Positions 39,167 to 52,224 of a DNA stretch of 64,000 nt are shown piece after piece. Under the pieces are notes generated by a model. That model saw nothing but the letters and a program-made list of their open reading frames with translations, made no database searches and was not told where the DNA came from. Source of the stretch: Harriotta raleighana (Eukaryota). Made by a program: the position numbers and the translations under genes. Within the stretch, counting starts at the first letter, position 1; every line of letters starts with the position of its first letter. The DNA lies in assembly GCA_050575255.1 (NCBI GenBank), contig JBNZDD010013632.1, positions 1,461,660 through 1,525,659 of the forward strand, given 5' to 3'.

Positions 39167-39858
39167 TGCAGGTACCATAAAGCTATTGAAATGAATACAT
39201 TCTTTGCTAATAAATTCTTAAGTAAGTGCGGAAATAAGAGCTCTGGTCACTGATTATAAATTTCAAGTGTGGAGGCGGTATTCATCAGATTTGCAGCACC
39301 TTGGCTTCACTTCTCTATTTAATGAGCCTTTACAAGCAAGCATGGTCAATAAAACAATGGCCGTATAGGGCTGCAGCCATCCATCATAGTCCTCTTATCG
39401 GCCACATAGAAATTGTGTCTCAGTGAGTTCCCAAGGACTGATGTTGGGTAAACGAGCGGATTATCTGCCTTTCTAATTATGGCAGATAATTGGGAACGTG
39501 GATAAAAGACGCACAGATGATGGAAATTACAGTATGCCAACAAATGCTATTCTGTGGAGTGATGTATCAACATAATTCCTCATATGATGAAGTCCCCTTC
39601 GTAGCTACTCTATGTTTGTTGTTGGAGTTACAGTCAGTTAAAGATGAGATGCTTTTCCAATGTGTGGGAAGAGTAACAACTCCAAATCAGGAGACAAATC
39701 ACCATGAATCATTCACAACCAACTCACTGACTTCCAGACATCTAGATCAACAATACAATTAACAAAGAGCTTGGGAACACAGTTCATCTTAGTAAAACAG
39801 ATATGTAGGGTCCGAGAGGGAGGTTTGTGTGAATGCAAAAACCTTGGGACGTCCTCCC

Positions 39859-40180
39859 GAGCTCCTGTGGCTTAGTGGTTAGAGCACTCGCCTTACAAGC
39901 ATGAGACCTGTGTTCGAATCCAGGCAGATCAGGGCGAAACCTTGGGCAAGTTTCCTTACTCCACATGCCTAATTATAATCCCTCCAAAAAAGCCACAATA
40001 ATAAAATTGGTCATTTCAATCCATGACTGTTTGTGGGACACTGCTGTGCGCAATTGGCTGCCGCGTTCTGCCCACAAATACACAGTCAATTCACTTTACA
40101 GTATATTCTGTGAAGCGCTTTGGGACGTCGATAAGATGTGAAATGAGCTATATCAAATGCAAGGATTATTATTTATTATT
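39859..40180 (+). mobile_element. Full-length tRNA-derived SINE (family A reference copy) inserted into an L2-type tail
   Basis: A-box tggcttagtggttagag, B-box gttcgaatcc, tail gcgctttgggacgtc...tatcaaatgcaaggatt(att)n. The flanks ttgggacgtcctcccg and aaaggtgctctataaatgtaatttt rejoin into an L2 terminus (compare 45021-45081). Confidence 0.93.
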
Positions 40181-42664
40181 AAAGGTGCTCTATAAATGTA
40201 ATTTTGGTGTGTTTTTTTAAGAATAAGTGAAACTGAAGTGAAGTCTCAAAAGCCAAATGGCACTTTGTCCAGAACAATTTGGGGTCAAAGTAATTTCTAA
40301 AAGGATTCCTTAGCAATGTCTCTGAGTCACTGAATGGGAATCCTTCTGGTAACTGCAAGTACCTCACACGGACCTGTGGAAACTCTGTTCTGGAAGCAGA
40401 TAGCAATAACACACTTCCAGTTATTCCCACTTGTGGTTCGGAATGTTTAATCAGATGGAAATCACCTTAATCATAATATGGGATAAAATGTGGTAATAGA
40501 TAGTGGTAATCACTGCACGTTATCCTCTATTTACCATGACCTCAAGCCAATTGCAGTGAAACAAGACCATCTCAAGCTGGCACTTTCTACAAACATCTCA
40601 CCATTGAACATTGGACAGATTGGATGTATATTTTTCCCCCCTTGGTATTGCTTCTTTGTTTTTTTTCCACAGAAACCATGAAGCAATTCCGTGGCATATT
40701 TTCAGTAAAGTTATTTTCACAGCATGACCGATTATGAGGTTACTGTGTACTCTTGATGTGAAAGGCGTTATACAAGTCTAATTTTGTTGTTGTAAGAATT
40801 TTATACATTTGGTTTAATTCCACATAATCCTAAAGAAACTGAGTGTCAGAGAAAAGAACGTTATTAATGGGCTTTGAAGCAAAACAGTCAAAAGTTACAA
40901 TCGTAAGTTATATGTGACCTTTAGTTTTACTATGGAACATATTAAGTCTGTCATATCATTAACATTTTAAATTACTGCATCACCCTCATCCAGAAAGTAC
41001 CATGACATTCGCTCGGCTAATTTAATTGTTGCCACTGTTCTTCTTTCCTTCCTACACAGAAGAGGCTTGGATCAATGTTGAATAATACAACTACTGAACC
41101 CTCTCAGTATTGGCTCCAAGAAACTAATCCGAGCCCTTACCCTCAGTAGTCTGCAGCTTCCTTTTTAATAGCTTGCCTCAAATTGCTCACGAGTCAGACT
41201 TCAGACAGGTCAGTGGAAGCACTCAGTCATACAAATCACAAAGGCTTTGTGAACCATGTTGGACATGCTCTCAACCTGTTAGTGAACCCAGCCCTGGTCA
41301 CAGTCATTATAAAACAATCTGAGCTTGTTGGTTACCCATCCTCTGGCTTGCACAGGTTTTTATGTGCTGGGCCCAGGAGATGAAGCCGTTACACGCAATT
41401 GTAGACTTATGCTGATACAGCACAGTTCAGCCCTTCTGCATAATGCCTATGCCGGAGGATGAGAAATGAGAACTATAAATAAAAAAAACTAAATGCTTAA
41501 TTTATTTTCCCTCAAATTTCAGTGAAAGTCAAGAATGCCTCTCAATAACTTAGTTGCAAATGTACTATTTCAGAAGCAAATATAACTGCTTTACTTATCT
41601 GCATCTCAAGTACTGGGAATATATAATATATATAATATACATATTAGTACTGCTGAATAGTTGAGTTCTTGTGGCTTCCTTCCTTCATTTTATTTGGCGC
41701 CTTTCACATCAAGAGGATGTCTCAAAGTACTTTACAGGAAATACAAGTACGTGTTGTGGGCAAAATACATCACTTGCAGAGATATTTAGCCATTACTGAC
41801 CAGAAAAGGCTCGATTCAATCCATCTGTTGTCCAGTTTGGTGAATGGAGCTATGGGGATATGACAATTAACCATGACTTAAGTGGGCAATTACAAAACCA
41901 AACATATTGGAATTGGCATCAGTGCTTGCAGGAGAATCTGCCGACATTCTTTACCCTGGTCAGTATCCACCAATCTCCCTCCCGCACCCAATGTTCCACT
42001 GGTGAGCACATGTGTGTCAGTCTCAGAGAACAACAAGATATAGCTTAGCTGTGATGTCCATCTGCTCATGGATGGAAAGTGCTCCTTGGGTGAATGGGAG
42101 AAGGTAACCACTGCATTACGGGTGCGTCAGCATCTTCATGAGAGAAAATGAAGCAAAGTGTAGAGGAAAAAAATTATTTTCCTGGAAGAGGAGCTCCGTT
42201 ATCTGAACTGCCGAGAGACATTCACCATGTTAATGTAATTATAACTTCAGCTAATTGAGATAAACAGAGGATGTGCAATACCCAAGAGACAAACCTTAAG
42301 GGGTTGTGGAACATGAAAAGTTGGATAATACTGTGCTCTTTCCTTTATAATCAAATAAATTTGCATGTCATAGCCAGAGACGCATATCGGCAGAGAAACA
42401 GATGGATTTTGCTAAACAGAGAGAATGAATCAACAGAAAAAAAATCAAAGCTAACTTAAATTTTCTGTTTGCTCAATTCCCAGTCATTTGTCTCCTATAG
42501 CTACCAGTTGACCTCTTTGTGGGAAAACTCCTGAGCTTTGTGAACCAAGCTTTGTGATGCATCCCTAATTCTGAAGAAACATCATCAGAGAGACCATTAA
42601 TTGATATGGCCTTTATGTGGTGAAGTTCCTATATAAGGGAAGCCTTCAACTTGGGAGATATTTT

Positions 42665-42920
42665 GGTGACAGAACAAACACATTCCCACAGAGGGGCATC
42701 CAAACCTCTCTGGATGACTAAGAAAATTGGGATTAAAATAAAACAGGAAAAGGGTAAGGCTGACGTACTAAATGAGTACTTTGCATCTGTCTTCACAAAA
42801 GAAGAGGATGTTGCCAATGCCACAGTATCGGAGAGGATAGAAACATTGGATAAGAATAAACAGAGAGGTGACCTAAATCTAAAAAGGTTATCGGTGCACG
42901 AGGTAGATATGTCACCCGGT
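42665..42920 (+). mobile_element. Internal CR1 ORF2 fragment
   Basis: KPLWMTK, KADVLNEYFASVFTKEE and LSVHEVDMSPG correspond to the CR1 motifs PxWMT, LNxYFASVFT and LKVDKSPGPD. Confidence 0.8.
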
Positions 42921-43829
42921 ACCCTCCTTCCTTGCTCACTGTCCAACACCATCTCTGTGAAGGCCTCCGAGATGTTATCGTACATGAAGGGGGCTATCAA
43001 AGTGCAAAGTATTTTTGTTGTTCCATCTGGGTCAAATCAATCGATTTTGGTCCTTTATAGATATCAAGCTGGTGGTTTAATTGTGATGGTTTTATTATTG
43101 CAACTGGTGTAACTTTCCATTGATATGTTGTGGGAGCAACTGCAGAAAATGTAAATCTACATTGATTTCACCAGATTTGTTGCAAAATTTCCAATATCCA
43201 GTACTAGAAACTATTTACCTAAACATTTAGGAAGAAGTTGGTTGACAGGAAACAGTATGAAGTGAATAAACTCTTCATCACTGGCATTTAGTTTTCAACA
43301 AACCCGAAGGTCACATAATCTTTTCAGTTTACTTTGGCTACTTCCCTCCTGCAGACTAGCTCGCAGACCACCACGTTAATTATTCAAAGCCCTGTGACCT
43401 TGCTACCACTCAGTGTACATGATTAATTTACTCTATATCTATCTGGACTGGCTCGTTACCCTCTATTCTTTCCCAGCTCTTAAACTTTCGCACTCAAGAG
43501 AGATTTAAAGTTTTCTGATCCCAGAAACTTTGCCTTAAGAGTGGTCTCATTTTTTCCCACTAAATTGAAAACAACTCAATGCTATAATCTCAACTCCAGT
43601 CCAATTGACCGTCACAGGAACTTCTCAGGCAGAGAGAGTCATGGGCCTCCCAACCTAGATTTTCCAAGAACAGTACAGACCCTCTCTGCAAAACATCTAT
43701 GAGTAGACAAATCCTACTCCACTGTACCTAGTGTCAGCAATGATTCCGTCCCTTTACAGTAAACAACAATAGAGTATCATTTGTCATCCTATGACACAAC
43801 AGCAGAGACATTCTATCCCTTCCCTTTCC

Positions 43830-44135
43830 ACTTTCAGCAGGAATTTGGAAGGAACAGTCAAATTGTTCCCAGTGGCCTGAATTGGAGAGGAAGGAGAAGA
43901 GATACAATTAGTCAGGACTTCCACTTCTGATTACAAAACATAGACTCCCAAGTTAATGTGCACTCATATGGACATTGGATAACACTCGGTCAGATGGATG
44001 ACCCTGTATTTAAATAGTATTGGTAACACTTAATGTCGAGTTACATGAGGAATAGTTTATTGTGAGAAGTATAGAAGATGCCCTGCTCGTGTCTATGGAA
44101 AGAAATCCCAGTAGCACCATCCGTTTTAGGTGAAG
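43830..44135 (+). mobile_element. Family B SINE-like repeat, degenerate
   Basis: aattgttcccagtggcctg...agtcaggacttccacttctgatt...atggacattggataacac, similar to 46200-46480. Confidence 0.4.
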
Positions 44136-45020
44136 AGAAACAATTTACTACAGTTAAAGCAGATTAATTTGTTGTGTTTCTACTGAAAGACTCCTGGGCT
44201 AATTTACAGAGTTAATAAAAGGAGGTGGGAACACTGAACACCGTGAAGGGACTTGTCAATGTTGTAAAATCAGTCATGCAGTAAAGGCACTTTATTTCAT
44301 CTACTATTCACACCGCTCAAACTCTGCTCAAGATCTCAAGCGCAACGTAACATTAGGTACTCTCTTTTCTTTTTCTTTTTGTAACATTTGTTTTACAAGA
44401 AACTGTTTATCTCGTCAAAATTGCAAGAATGGAATATTCAGTGACCCTTGACACAACTCAGGTTCATCTTTTAGGATAAACAAACTCATTACACAGTTTT
44501 TCAAAGCAAAAAGAATTCCATAACATCCTAATGTGTTCTTAAAATGGAATTTTTCATTCCAGCTGAATGAATGTACCACTGGGAAATAAAATGCTGTTTC
44601 TTCCCTTTCGGATCAGTAGAATTACAGATTGCCCCATCCTCCACTTCATGCAAATAGGAGAATTCAGATTGATGCAGATCTCAAGTATGATTCCGGCTTT
44701 CAAAATCCAAAAGGTGATGCAGTCCTAATTCAACATAATCCATAATGTTGCGATCGGGGGTTACAATCCAATAGTCACTGTCTTAACTCTAATACCAATA
44801 GCTAAAAGTGCCACCCAGTACCAAGCATTGGACACATTGTACTGGTAAATGACCCCCAACCATGTCAGTACTGGATCCATTTATTTTTAAATGAAGGATT
44901 CATCTCTCTCTTGCCAACTCCACGAACTACACCCATCCTAGGCCAGCTGAATTATGGAAATATCTTGCTTCAGCAATTTGTGATGGCTGATCCCCTGTCA
45001 CTGACCATTACACCACGAAA

Positions 45021-45081
45021 GGGGACGTCCTCCTGACGTGAAACGCGCTCTATAAATGCAATTTTGTTGTTGTTGTTGTTG
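45021..45081 (+). mobile_element. Short L2-type 3' terminus with (ttg)n tail
   Basis: gggacgtcctcctgacgtgaaacgcgctctataaatgcaatttt(gtt)n. Similar stubs occur near 495-550, 5510-5560, 40750-40795 and 42950-43022. Confidence 0.7.
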
Positions 45082-45857
45082 AAAGGAAGAGTGGACTGCA
45101 CAAAATAACAATGTACCACTGCATTGGCATATTCTCATTATTATAAGAAACAAACTGCTTTGAACTGGTCAAAATTCTGGTTTTCATCCAGAGACTAGAA
45201 TTCCTCAATTCAGGTCTCTACTTAAATAAGATATGTGACCCCAAAGTTTTTTTGTAATCACAATAGACTTCACCATCTGTGATTAACACCAAACTGGGCA
45301 ATTTCAATCACAAATGCTCCAAAACCAAGGAATTTTTAAAGGAATCATAGTAAGAAATACTGTGAATTAGATCTCATTATCTATGCAACTGAGTAAATTT
45401 TATAATAAAACAACAACTTACAACAATAACTTCAATTTATATAGCATCCTCCACGTCGGATGGTGTCTCAATGAAAATAATAAAAGACATATGAGAAACA
45501 TTCACATTGTGAAAAAATACAGATATTATTGTTTAACAGGAATGTCCATGCAAGGTTTGTTTTTGGTTCCTATCACTATCCTGGGAATTGGGCAATTTCT
45601 ATGTATAGTGGATTCATTGCAGTTTACTCAGAGAGGCACTGAAGCTGAAATTAAATGTTTATTTTACACATTCAGAAAATCTATCGTAGCAAATTGCTCT
45701 CATTTGCAATTATTAATTCCTACATTTTGCCAAATTTAACGAGGGGTCAAAATTTAAATATTCACAGAAAGGATATGTTAGGAAATCCAGGGTGTCCAAC
45801 CTCTGCTCAGTCACTAACCTCAAGGAAGTCAAAACTGACAGTGAAACTGCAGGCCCA

Positions 45858-45995
45858 CAAACATTTAGAGCACAGAAGAAGACCATTTGCCTACTGTGTC
45901 TGTGCCGACTCTTTGACAGAGAAATACATTCAAGTCTATTTATCTTACTTTTCGCCCACGTCATGCATATCATTCGATTTTAGATACTTGTGCCA
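45858..45995 (-). mobile_element. CR1 3' UTR remnant
   Basis: agcacagaagaagaccatt...gtctgtgccgactctttgacaga matches 7335-7387. Confidence 0.7.
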
Positions 45996-46115
45996 TTCCA
46001 GAAGGTTACCAACAATATGGCTAGGATTTGCTCATGCCTTTATGCACTGTATTTTCTTTCAAGTTTACAACATTTAAACCTCTTGAGGCAAAGGAACCAG
46101 ATGGCGTGGCAATAA

Positions 46116-46490
46116 TCAACACAGAATGGGAAGATCCTGGATTTGATCTCTAGCTTGAGCTGCATTAACTCGTCTCAGCTGGTCAGCAATTGGGGGAGAT
46201 TCAACCAGTGTCTGTGGTATATCTGGGAAAGGAAGGGAGAAATTAACCTGGTTCCTGAACCCGATTGCAATCCAGTAACCTCTGCTGGAAGCATGTGTAG
46301 ATGTGCGCTGGTGAGCGTGGGGGTCAGGCTCAGCTGTGATGGCTCCCATGGCCAATTAACCCACCAACCCTCACTCTCCAGTATCCTGTATGAAGGATGG
46401 CCGCCTGATAGAGTTATTGGAAGGCTGCCACCACTCGCTAAACCATTACGCAGCATGATTCATTGCCTTCAGGAGAGGACGAATAAGGGG
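46116..46490 (+). mobile_element. Best-preserved copy of the unclassified SINE-like family B
   Basis: gaagatcctggatttgatctct...tctcagctgg...ctctgctggaagcatg...caggctcagctgtgatg...ccttcaggagag. Related fragments recur at several positions in the window. Confidence 0.6.
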
Positions 46491-49400
46491 AACTGCATGT
46501 TACTAAATTATGTAAAGGATTCTTATTTTTAAGAGGTCTATTTTCTTTCCTCATGCTTTCCCAATTTTGCCAGTACAGGCATTCGATAGCCAAGTGCTAT
46601 TTTTCATTCGAGAGCTTGAACATCAAGCACAATCAGATGTATCATTTGTGGAGGGTGCCGTGGATAATAATACTACTAATAATAATCTTTGCATTTGATA
46701 GAGCAAGCCCATTTCATGTGTGGAGGATATCTCAAAGCACTTCACTATTTTTCTAGGCGCTAAACCTGATCTTGTTCTCATTTCATGTCGTTCCATCTGG
46801 ACTTGGGAGGGGGAGAGATTGTTGGAAGAAAGAATCCAAGCTGTGTTTTTTCCATCCCTGACATAGGGAGCTAAAGCCAATTGTAATGCGTTGATTAACG
46901 ACCTAACTGAGATCACCAAAGATCTGGGATTTACACCTGCAAACTTCGGACTTGCATGTAATTTAGCTATAATGAGAACCCTAACACATTCATTTGAATG
47001 ACATTTGCCCATTCTGTCCTGTTGTTTCCAAGATAGAAAAACACAAGCATAACCACTGGTTAACTTTATGGTGCAGAAAATTAGATCATAGATTTAAAAC
47101 CACACTTTACACTCATTATGTTGAGCAGTCAATCCTTGGGGGTCACTTTTGCAACAACAAATGTAAATATTCACACAGCATATTATTTCAGAACAAAGAT
47201 TCAAGGAAAGGTCCTCGTGGAATGGGATATGGTGGAAATCCAATCCTTTGTCGGAATAATTTTCATGAAAATCAGCATGATCTCTAGCAGGAGTTGATTG
47301 TGTACAGCACACTGTCAATCACTGACATCTATAGTACAATACTGTATATCAGATGCATGGATTAAAACAAGAACAAGTAAGGATATTTAAAAGCTTAATG
47401 TTCTGCTTGTTTGTGTCTGTGTGTCTATGCCGTATCTATGGTGTTCATACATATAATCCACCAAATTCCCCTTTGTAACATCAATTTGTCTTAAATTTGA
47501 AGATTATGTAGAGAATTCTTAAATTTAATTAGAATCTGGCAGCTGGCTTTCCACAGTTGATAAAATAAACCAGTTTCAAATTGATATTGAATTTATTTTA
47601 TTTATTTTATACAATGTAAAGATTTACAGGCTAGGATAAGTTTTAATTTGGGAGACAATTGTTTGCATACACTTGAAGTGGGTTAATTTGGGGTGCATAA
47701 CATATAAACGTAAAATCATTATATTAAAAAACAAAGCAAGTGTAGATCTAATTCAATCATCTGTACAACAACTTGCATTCAGATAGCACCCTTCACCCAG
47801 GGCAGTGTCTTGGAACACTTAATGTTAATCACCTTAGGAAGACTCGGACATGAGTTTAAGCCAGTCAGTCATGATGGGACAAAAGCAGATGCGTTCAGAG
47901 CTGTCGATCTATTAAGTTACCAATCAATCATCCTGCCTTCTTCTGTCTATCAAGAAAGTGCAGAGTGTTTGGCAAAATATAATACTTAATAATACCTCTT
48001 TAAGAAAACTTGCATCTTCAATAGGTTTTCCTACTTCCCATTTTACAAACACCAGGAATAGAATTCACAAATGGTGTGAAGTCACAAGCTTCAATTATTT
48101 CAATCCAAAACATTTGTGTAATGTTTAATCGAGAGTATTTTCGAGCTTGCTAATGTCATTCCTCATCATCGATCACACCACATACACAAGACAAGAAGTG
48201 TTCTGTTATGACCAAAAGATAATGAATACTTCTCTCAATGAGGTCACAGTTGAAGTGATCATTGTTAAGATCCAGAATGAGTAATTATGGTACAAAAAAA
48301 CAATCACAGATGCATAGCAGAATCTAGCCAGTGGGCAGCAGAAAAAACAACCTGTAGTCTGATCTGCACTGCTGCTCTTCCTCCTCCACAGAATAAATCT
48401 TTTCACATCTGAATACTCAATGAATAAAGTATGTGCAGTCTGTGCCATTCATTACGAACTGAAGAGTTTTAAACCAGAAAAAAATTAGATACTCTAAGAA
48501 CCAACTTTTAAACTCAAGTTAACAAAAGCAATAGGGCAAGAGCCTCAGTCCTTCTTTGATATATCTGTTTATATAATAGTCTGCTGAATGAGTTAACAAG
48601 CACTGTTCCAAGCACAATTTATTTTGCATAGATCACTGTGTATCTCACATTTACATATCTCCCTTTTGCTGAAGACTCTTGTTTCAGGTTTGTGAGCGTG
48701 GAGGACAACTGGCACCACACAATGGGACAACAAAACTGTGACAAAGCCCAACCAAGAGGAAAGGAAAAAAAGCAATATGACATTACAATCAGACAGAAAA
48801 AGGTGCAACGTAACATATGTACTGCCACATGGGATCTTGGTCTTGCTGTGCCTGGTATACCTTTTTACTTGACATGTACGTGCTGTGTGCACTAGTGACA
48901 GCTGTTTTGTACAAAAGAGGCTTCAGGGCGACAGTGACTTTTAAATTCACAGCAAGCTGCTATTTTTGTTACCTGCCTTTCATTCTCAGAGAGAACCAAC
49001 TGTAAGCCTTGTGGCCGATTATAGCCGACAGCCTATACCTGGAGGCACCAGCTCACGAAATCAGCAAGTGTCTCAAGAAAGTACTTCAGTGATTAGACTT
49101 CTCAGCACAGGCCACCTGACTGAACGTTTCCTTTAAATGCAGAACCCTAAGCACCTTAAGTCATGTCTTCAGATTCCTTGGCACTAATGTTGCAGTTTGC
49201 ATGTTATTACTTGTATTTCAACAACCGAGTCCTCCCAAGTTTTCACCCAATTGCTAACATGGCTGGATTTTATAGCAGGTATTGCTCAATCAGAAACATA
49301 CACCTAGACCCTGTAGCTGGCTGTAATATACTTGAAGGGTCTTAATATAATTATTATTGTTATACAATATATATATCCATAATTTGGATTGCACTACATG

Positions 49401-49740
49401 GCTGTAACCCTGTCCCATTTCACTTTATTTTACAGAAGACGCAAACTATATATAGCACATACACATTCAATTATTATTTATGATGTTTACGCATTACCTG
49501 GGAGATCAGCCTGCTGGCTACAGATTTGCTGCATTGAAGGCACCTTTTAAAAATATTTTTTCTCCAATTTGGTTTCCTTTCCCACCTCCTCTTCTCTTCA
49601 ATGAGTTTGACACTTTTTTTCTCTTTCCTTCTGGAATGCTCTTTCATGGACATTGGGCTCCCTAAGATACAGTACCTGGCTCAAGTGGACACTCTTGATC
49701 AATCTAACAATGAGTGTATGGGTGTTGCAGTGATTTAAGT

Positions 49741-49761
49741 GTGTGTGTGTGTGTGTGTGTG
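49741..49761. repeat. (GT)n microsatellite
   Basis: About 10 perfect GT units. Confidence 0.95.
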
Positions 49762-51594
49762 CAGTGGGAGGTTGAGAATTGCAGTCAAACCTGATTTTTA
49801 ATACAATATGAAGCAGTTTGCTAAGAGTTCCTGGACATCTCAAATACGTGATATGGCACTAGATCAAAGGCAAGGATCACTATTATTATCTACCAAATCA
49901 CCCAAGATCTTGAGCTCAGGGAAATTCTCACACATCACATTTGAACTTCCCTCTTCAGGGAGTAAGACAATGAGAATTTGAGGCCTCGAGCTCTCGCAGT
50001 GTGATGAGTAGTAGTGATAGGGTTAGAGTTATTTTATGCAGGATTCTTACAGCTGATATAGAGGGGCAAGACCTTTAATGCATGTCTACTTCAGAGTTAA
50101 TATTCCAAGAGTGAAAAGACAATGTGCTAACCTGAGTGGTCCCCTCATAAAAGATTCAGGAAAATCGCTGAATTCTAATATTTTCTTTACTTTTGCGGAA
50201 AAATAATCCACTACCATTGTTGCAGAAAAACAGATAGATATTAAGTTAGAGAACAATTGAGCGCACAGTGTAGCATATTATAATATCCAACAGAATGCAT
50301 CAGGACTTCATTACAGACATTTCTTTTCACACCCCCATCGCCCCCCCAACTCAATAATGATGGAACTGATTCTAATATCTCCAATCCATAGCCCATATTC
50401 CCAAATACAAAGTGAACTGCAGAGGTGTAGAAGTAGCATAATGTGGACGTCCACCCGACGTCCACAGATACTATACAATGTGATTGTTTGCTGTTGAGTG
50501 ACATTTATCCGTGCAGTATCTGTTCAATGCTTCCCCCCTCTCCTACACACACACACAAGAGAGAAACTGACTCTCCTCATGCTTTCTGAAAACAGATTTT
50601 CTAAATCAAAATTTTTATCTTGCAGTCTGTCCAGTCCTGATGGATGCGTGTCTGTCGTCTTTTATTCTAAACTAATCTAGATTCAGTTTGAAATATAGAC
50701 AAGTTATTTCTACAGCCGTTTTCCACAGCCTTTGCTAGTTAGTCAAGGAAACAACTTTCATTACCTATAACAGAAATATTCATGACCAGGGCATGCACTT
50801 AGGTGACATTAATATCATTAGATTTACGAATACACAATTGCACAGCATAATATTAATAAAAGTAACATAAGGTGATTGGAATGAAATGCACAGCGTGCTT
50901 CTCTGCAACACAATACAACGTGAAAACAGTTAAGCTGTGAGGCCTGAGCTCATTATTTCAGAAAGCTTGATAATTGAGACGGAAAAATGCTCAAGAGCAG
51001 TAGCACTGCAAAGCAGAGAAGGTCTGAAAGACAGATAATAAAAAACTTCAAGTGATCGATTCACCCTACTCCTGACAGATGGGTGTTTATCAATGGTGCA
51101 AAGCCTCTAGCTTCACTCCAGGGATTTTGTTAAGGTTAACATTTCCAGCTTCCAAAAAAAGTTCTAAGACAAATGAGAATTGAACTGCAAAGGACAAGCC
51201 GATTGCAACAGTCATACGATTGGCATTCAGGAACAGAATGGGGGAGTTTTCAGAGTCTGAATGCTAAAGGGAGATTTTGTTTCTAGCCTTTATAGCTGAT
51301 TCATTGGTGCAATTGAGAGACTACAGCCCCTCGTTCAGTAGTCTCTCGAGAGCTGAATCTTCACCTAGCTTCTTAATGACATTCTTTCTGACTTGTACTC
51401 CCAGCAATGATTAAGTCTATTATTAGAAGCAGGTCTTGTCCGCGCTAAAGGTATAATGATTAATGGAAAATGTTATACATAATTCTTCCAGATTCTAAAG
51501 GCACACATCGCAGCGCTGCAATAATTTGATGGAACGTTTAAATATAGATCCCAATGATGATTTGATTAATGGGATAATAATTGAGCCCTAAGGC

Positions 51595-51780
51595 TTCTCC
51601 GATGGCCTGGTAGGTAAAAGTGTATCACTATGCCATTCAGACCTGAAGGTTCTGATTCCTAGACTGTCCTGGATTATCTGATCTCAGCAGGACCCACGGC
51701 TCAGGATTCTGTAATTGGTCTGAGTGGCCTTGAGCTAGAGCACAAGATTATGTTCCTGGTTCTGGGACCCTGCTGGAAAG
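51595..51780 (+). mobile_element. Family B SINE-like 5' fragment
   Basis: gatggcctggtaggtaaa...ctgatctcagc...taattggtctgagtg...gaccctgctggaaag. Confidence 0.5.
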
Positions 51781-51866
51781 TTTAGCTGTGAGCGAGGGAA
51801 GCACCAAGGGATCTTTAACTGTGAAGTGGTGCAGGCCACAGTTGATTTGTGGAGATGGATGAATAC

Positions 51867-51977
51867 CTTTGGATCTTTTAATTGATTATCTTTGGAGTTC
51901 TGGGAATATGAACACAATACTTTCCCCAAGCGATGAAGTGGATGTTCAAAATCTGAGTTAAAAGAGGTTTTGACCAA
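51867..51977 (-). CDS. Candidate 111-nt exon (LVKTSFNSDFEHPLHRLGKVLCSYSQNSKDNQLKDPK)
   Basis: Acceptor cactccttctgcag and donor AAG|gtattc, phase 0-0 open frame. Unrecognised. Confidence 0.22.
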
Positions 51978-52224
51978 CTGCAGAAGGAGTGTGCTTGATG
52001 GGTGAACTGGGCTTTGCATTTCAGCACTGTTCTCTGCAAGTAGAAGCAATTACTGCTAATGGGACAAAGAAAGCTTCTGTCCAGGTTTAAACCAAACTAC
52101 CTTACTGATGCTCCAATGTGGGTCTGCGGGGGGGCGCAGGGCACAACTGATAATTATTTACTGAAATCTCAATGGTCCTCAAACAGTTAGATGTGATAAT
52201 AATCCGTTCATAAGAAACACAATA

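Noticed and set aside
39859-39930. tRNA-like sequences (also at 14940, 23690-23747 and 54070-54139)
   Set aside because: These are SINE heads with A/B boxes. They have no intact cloverleaf and run straight into the SINE body.
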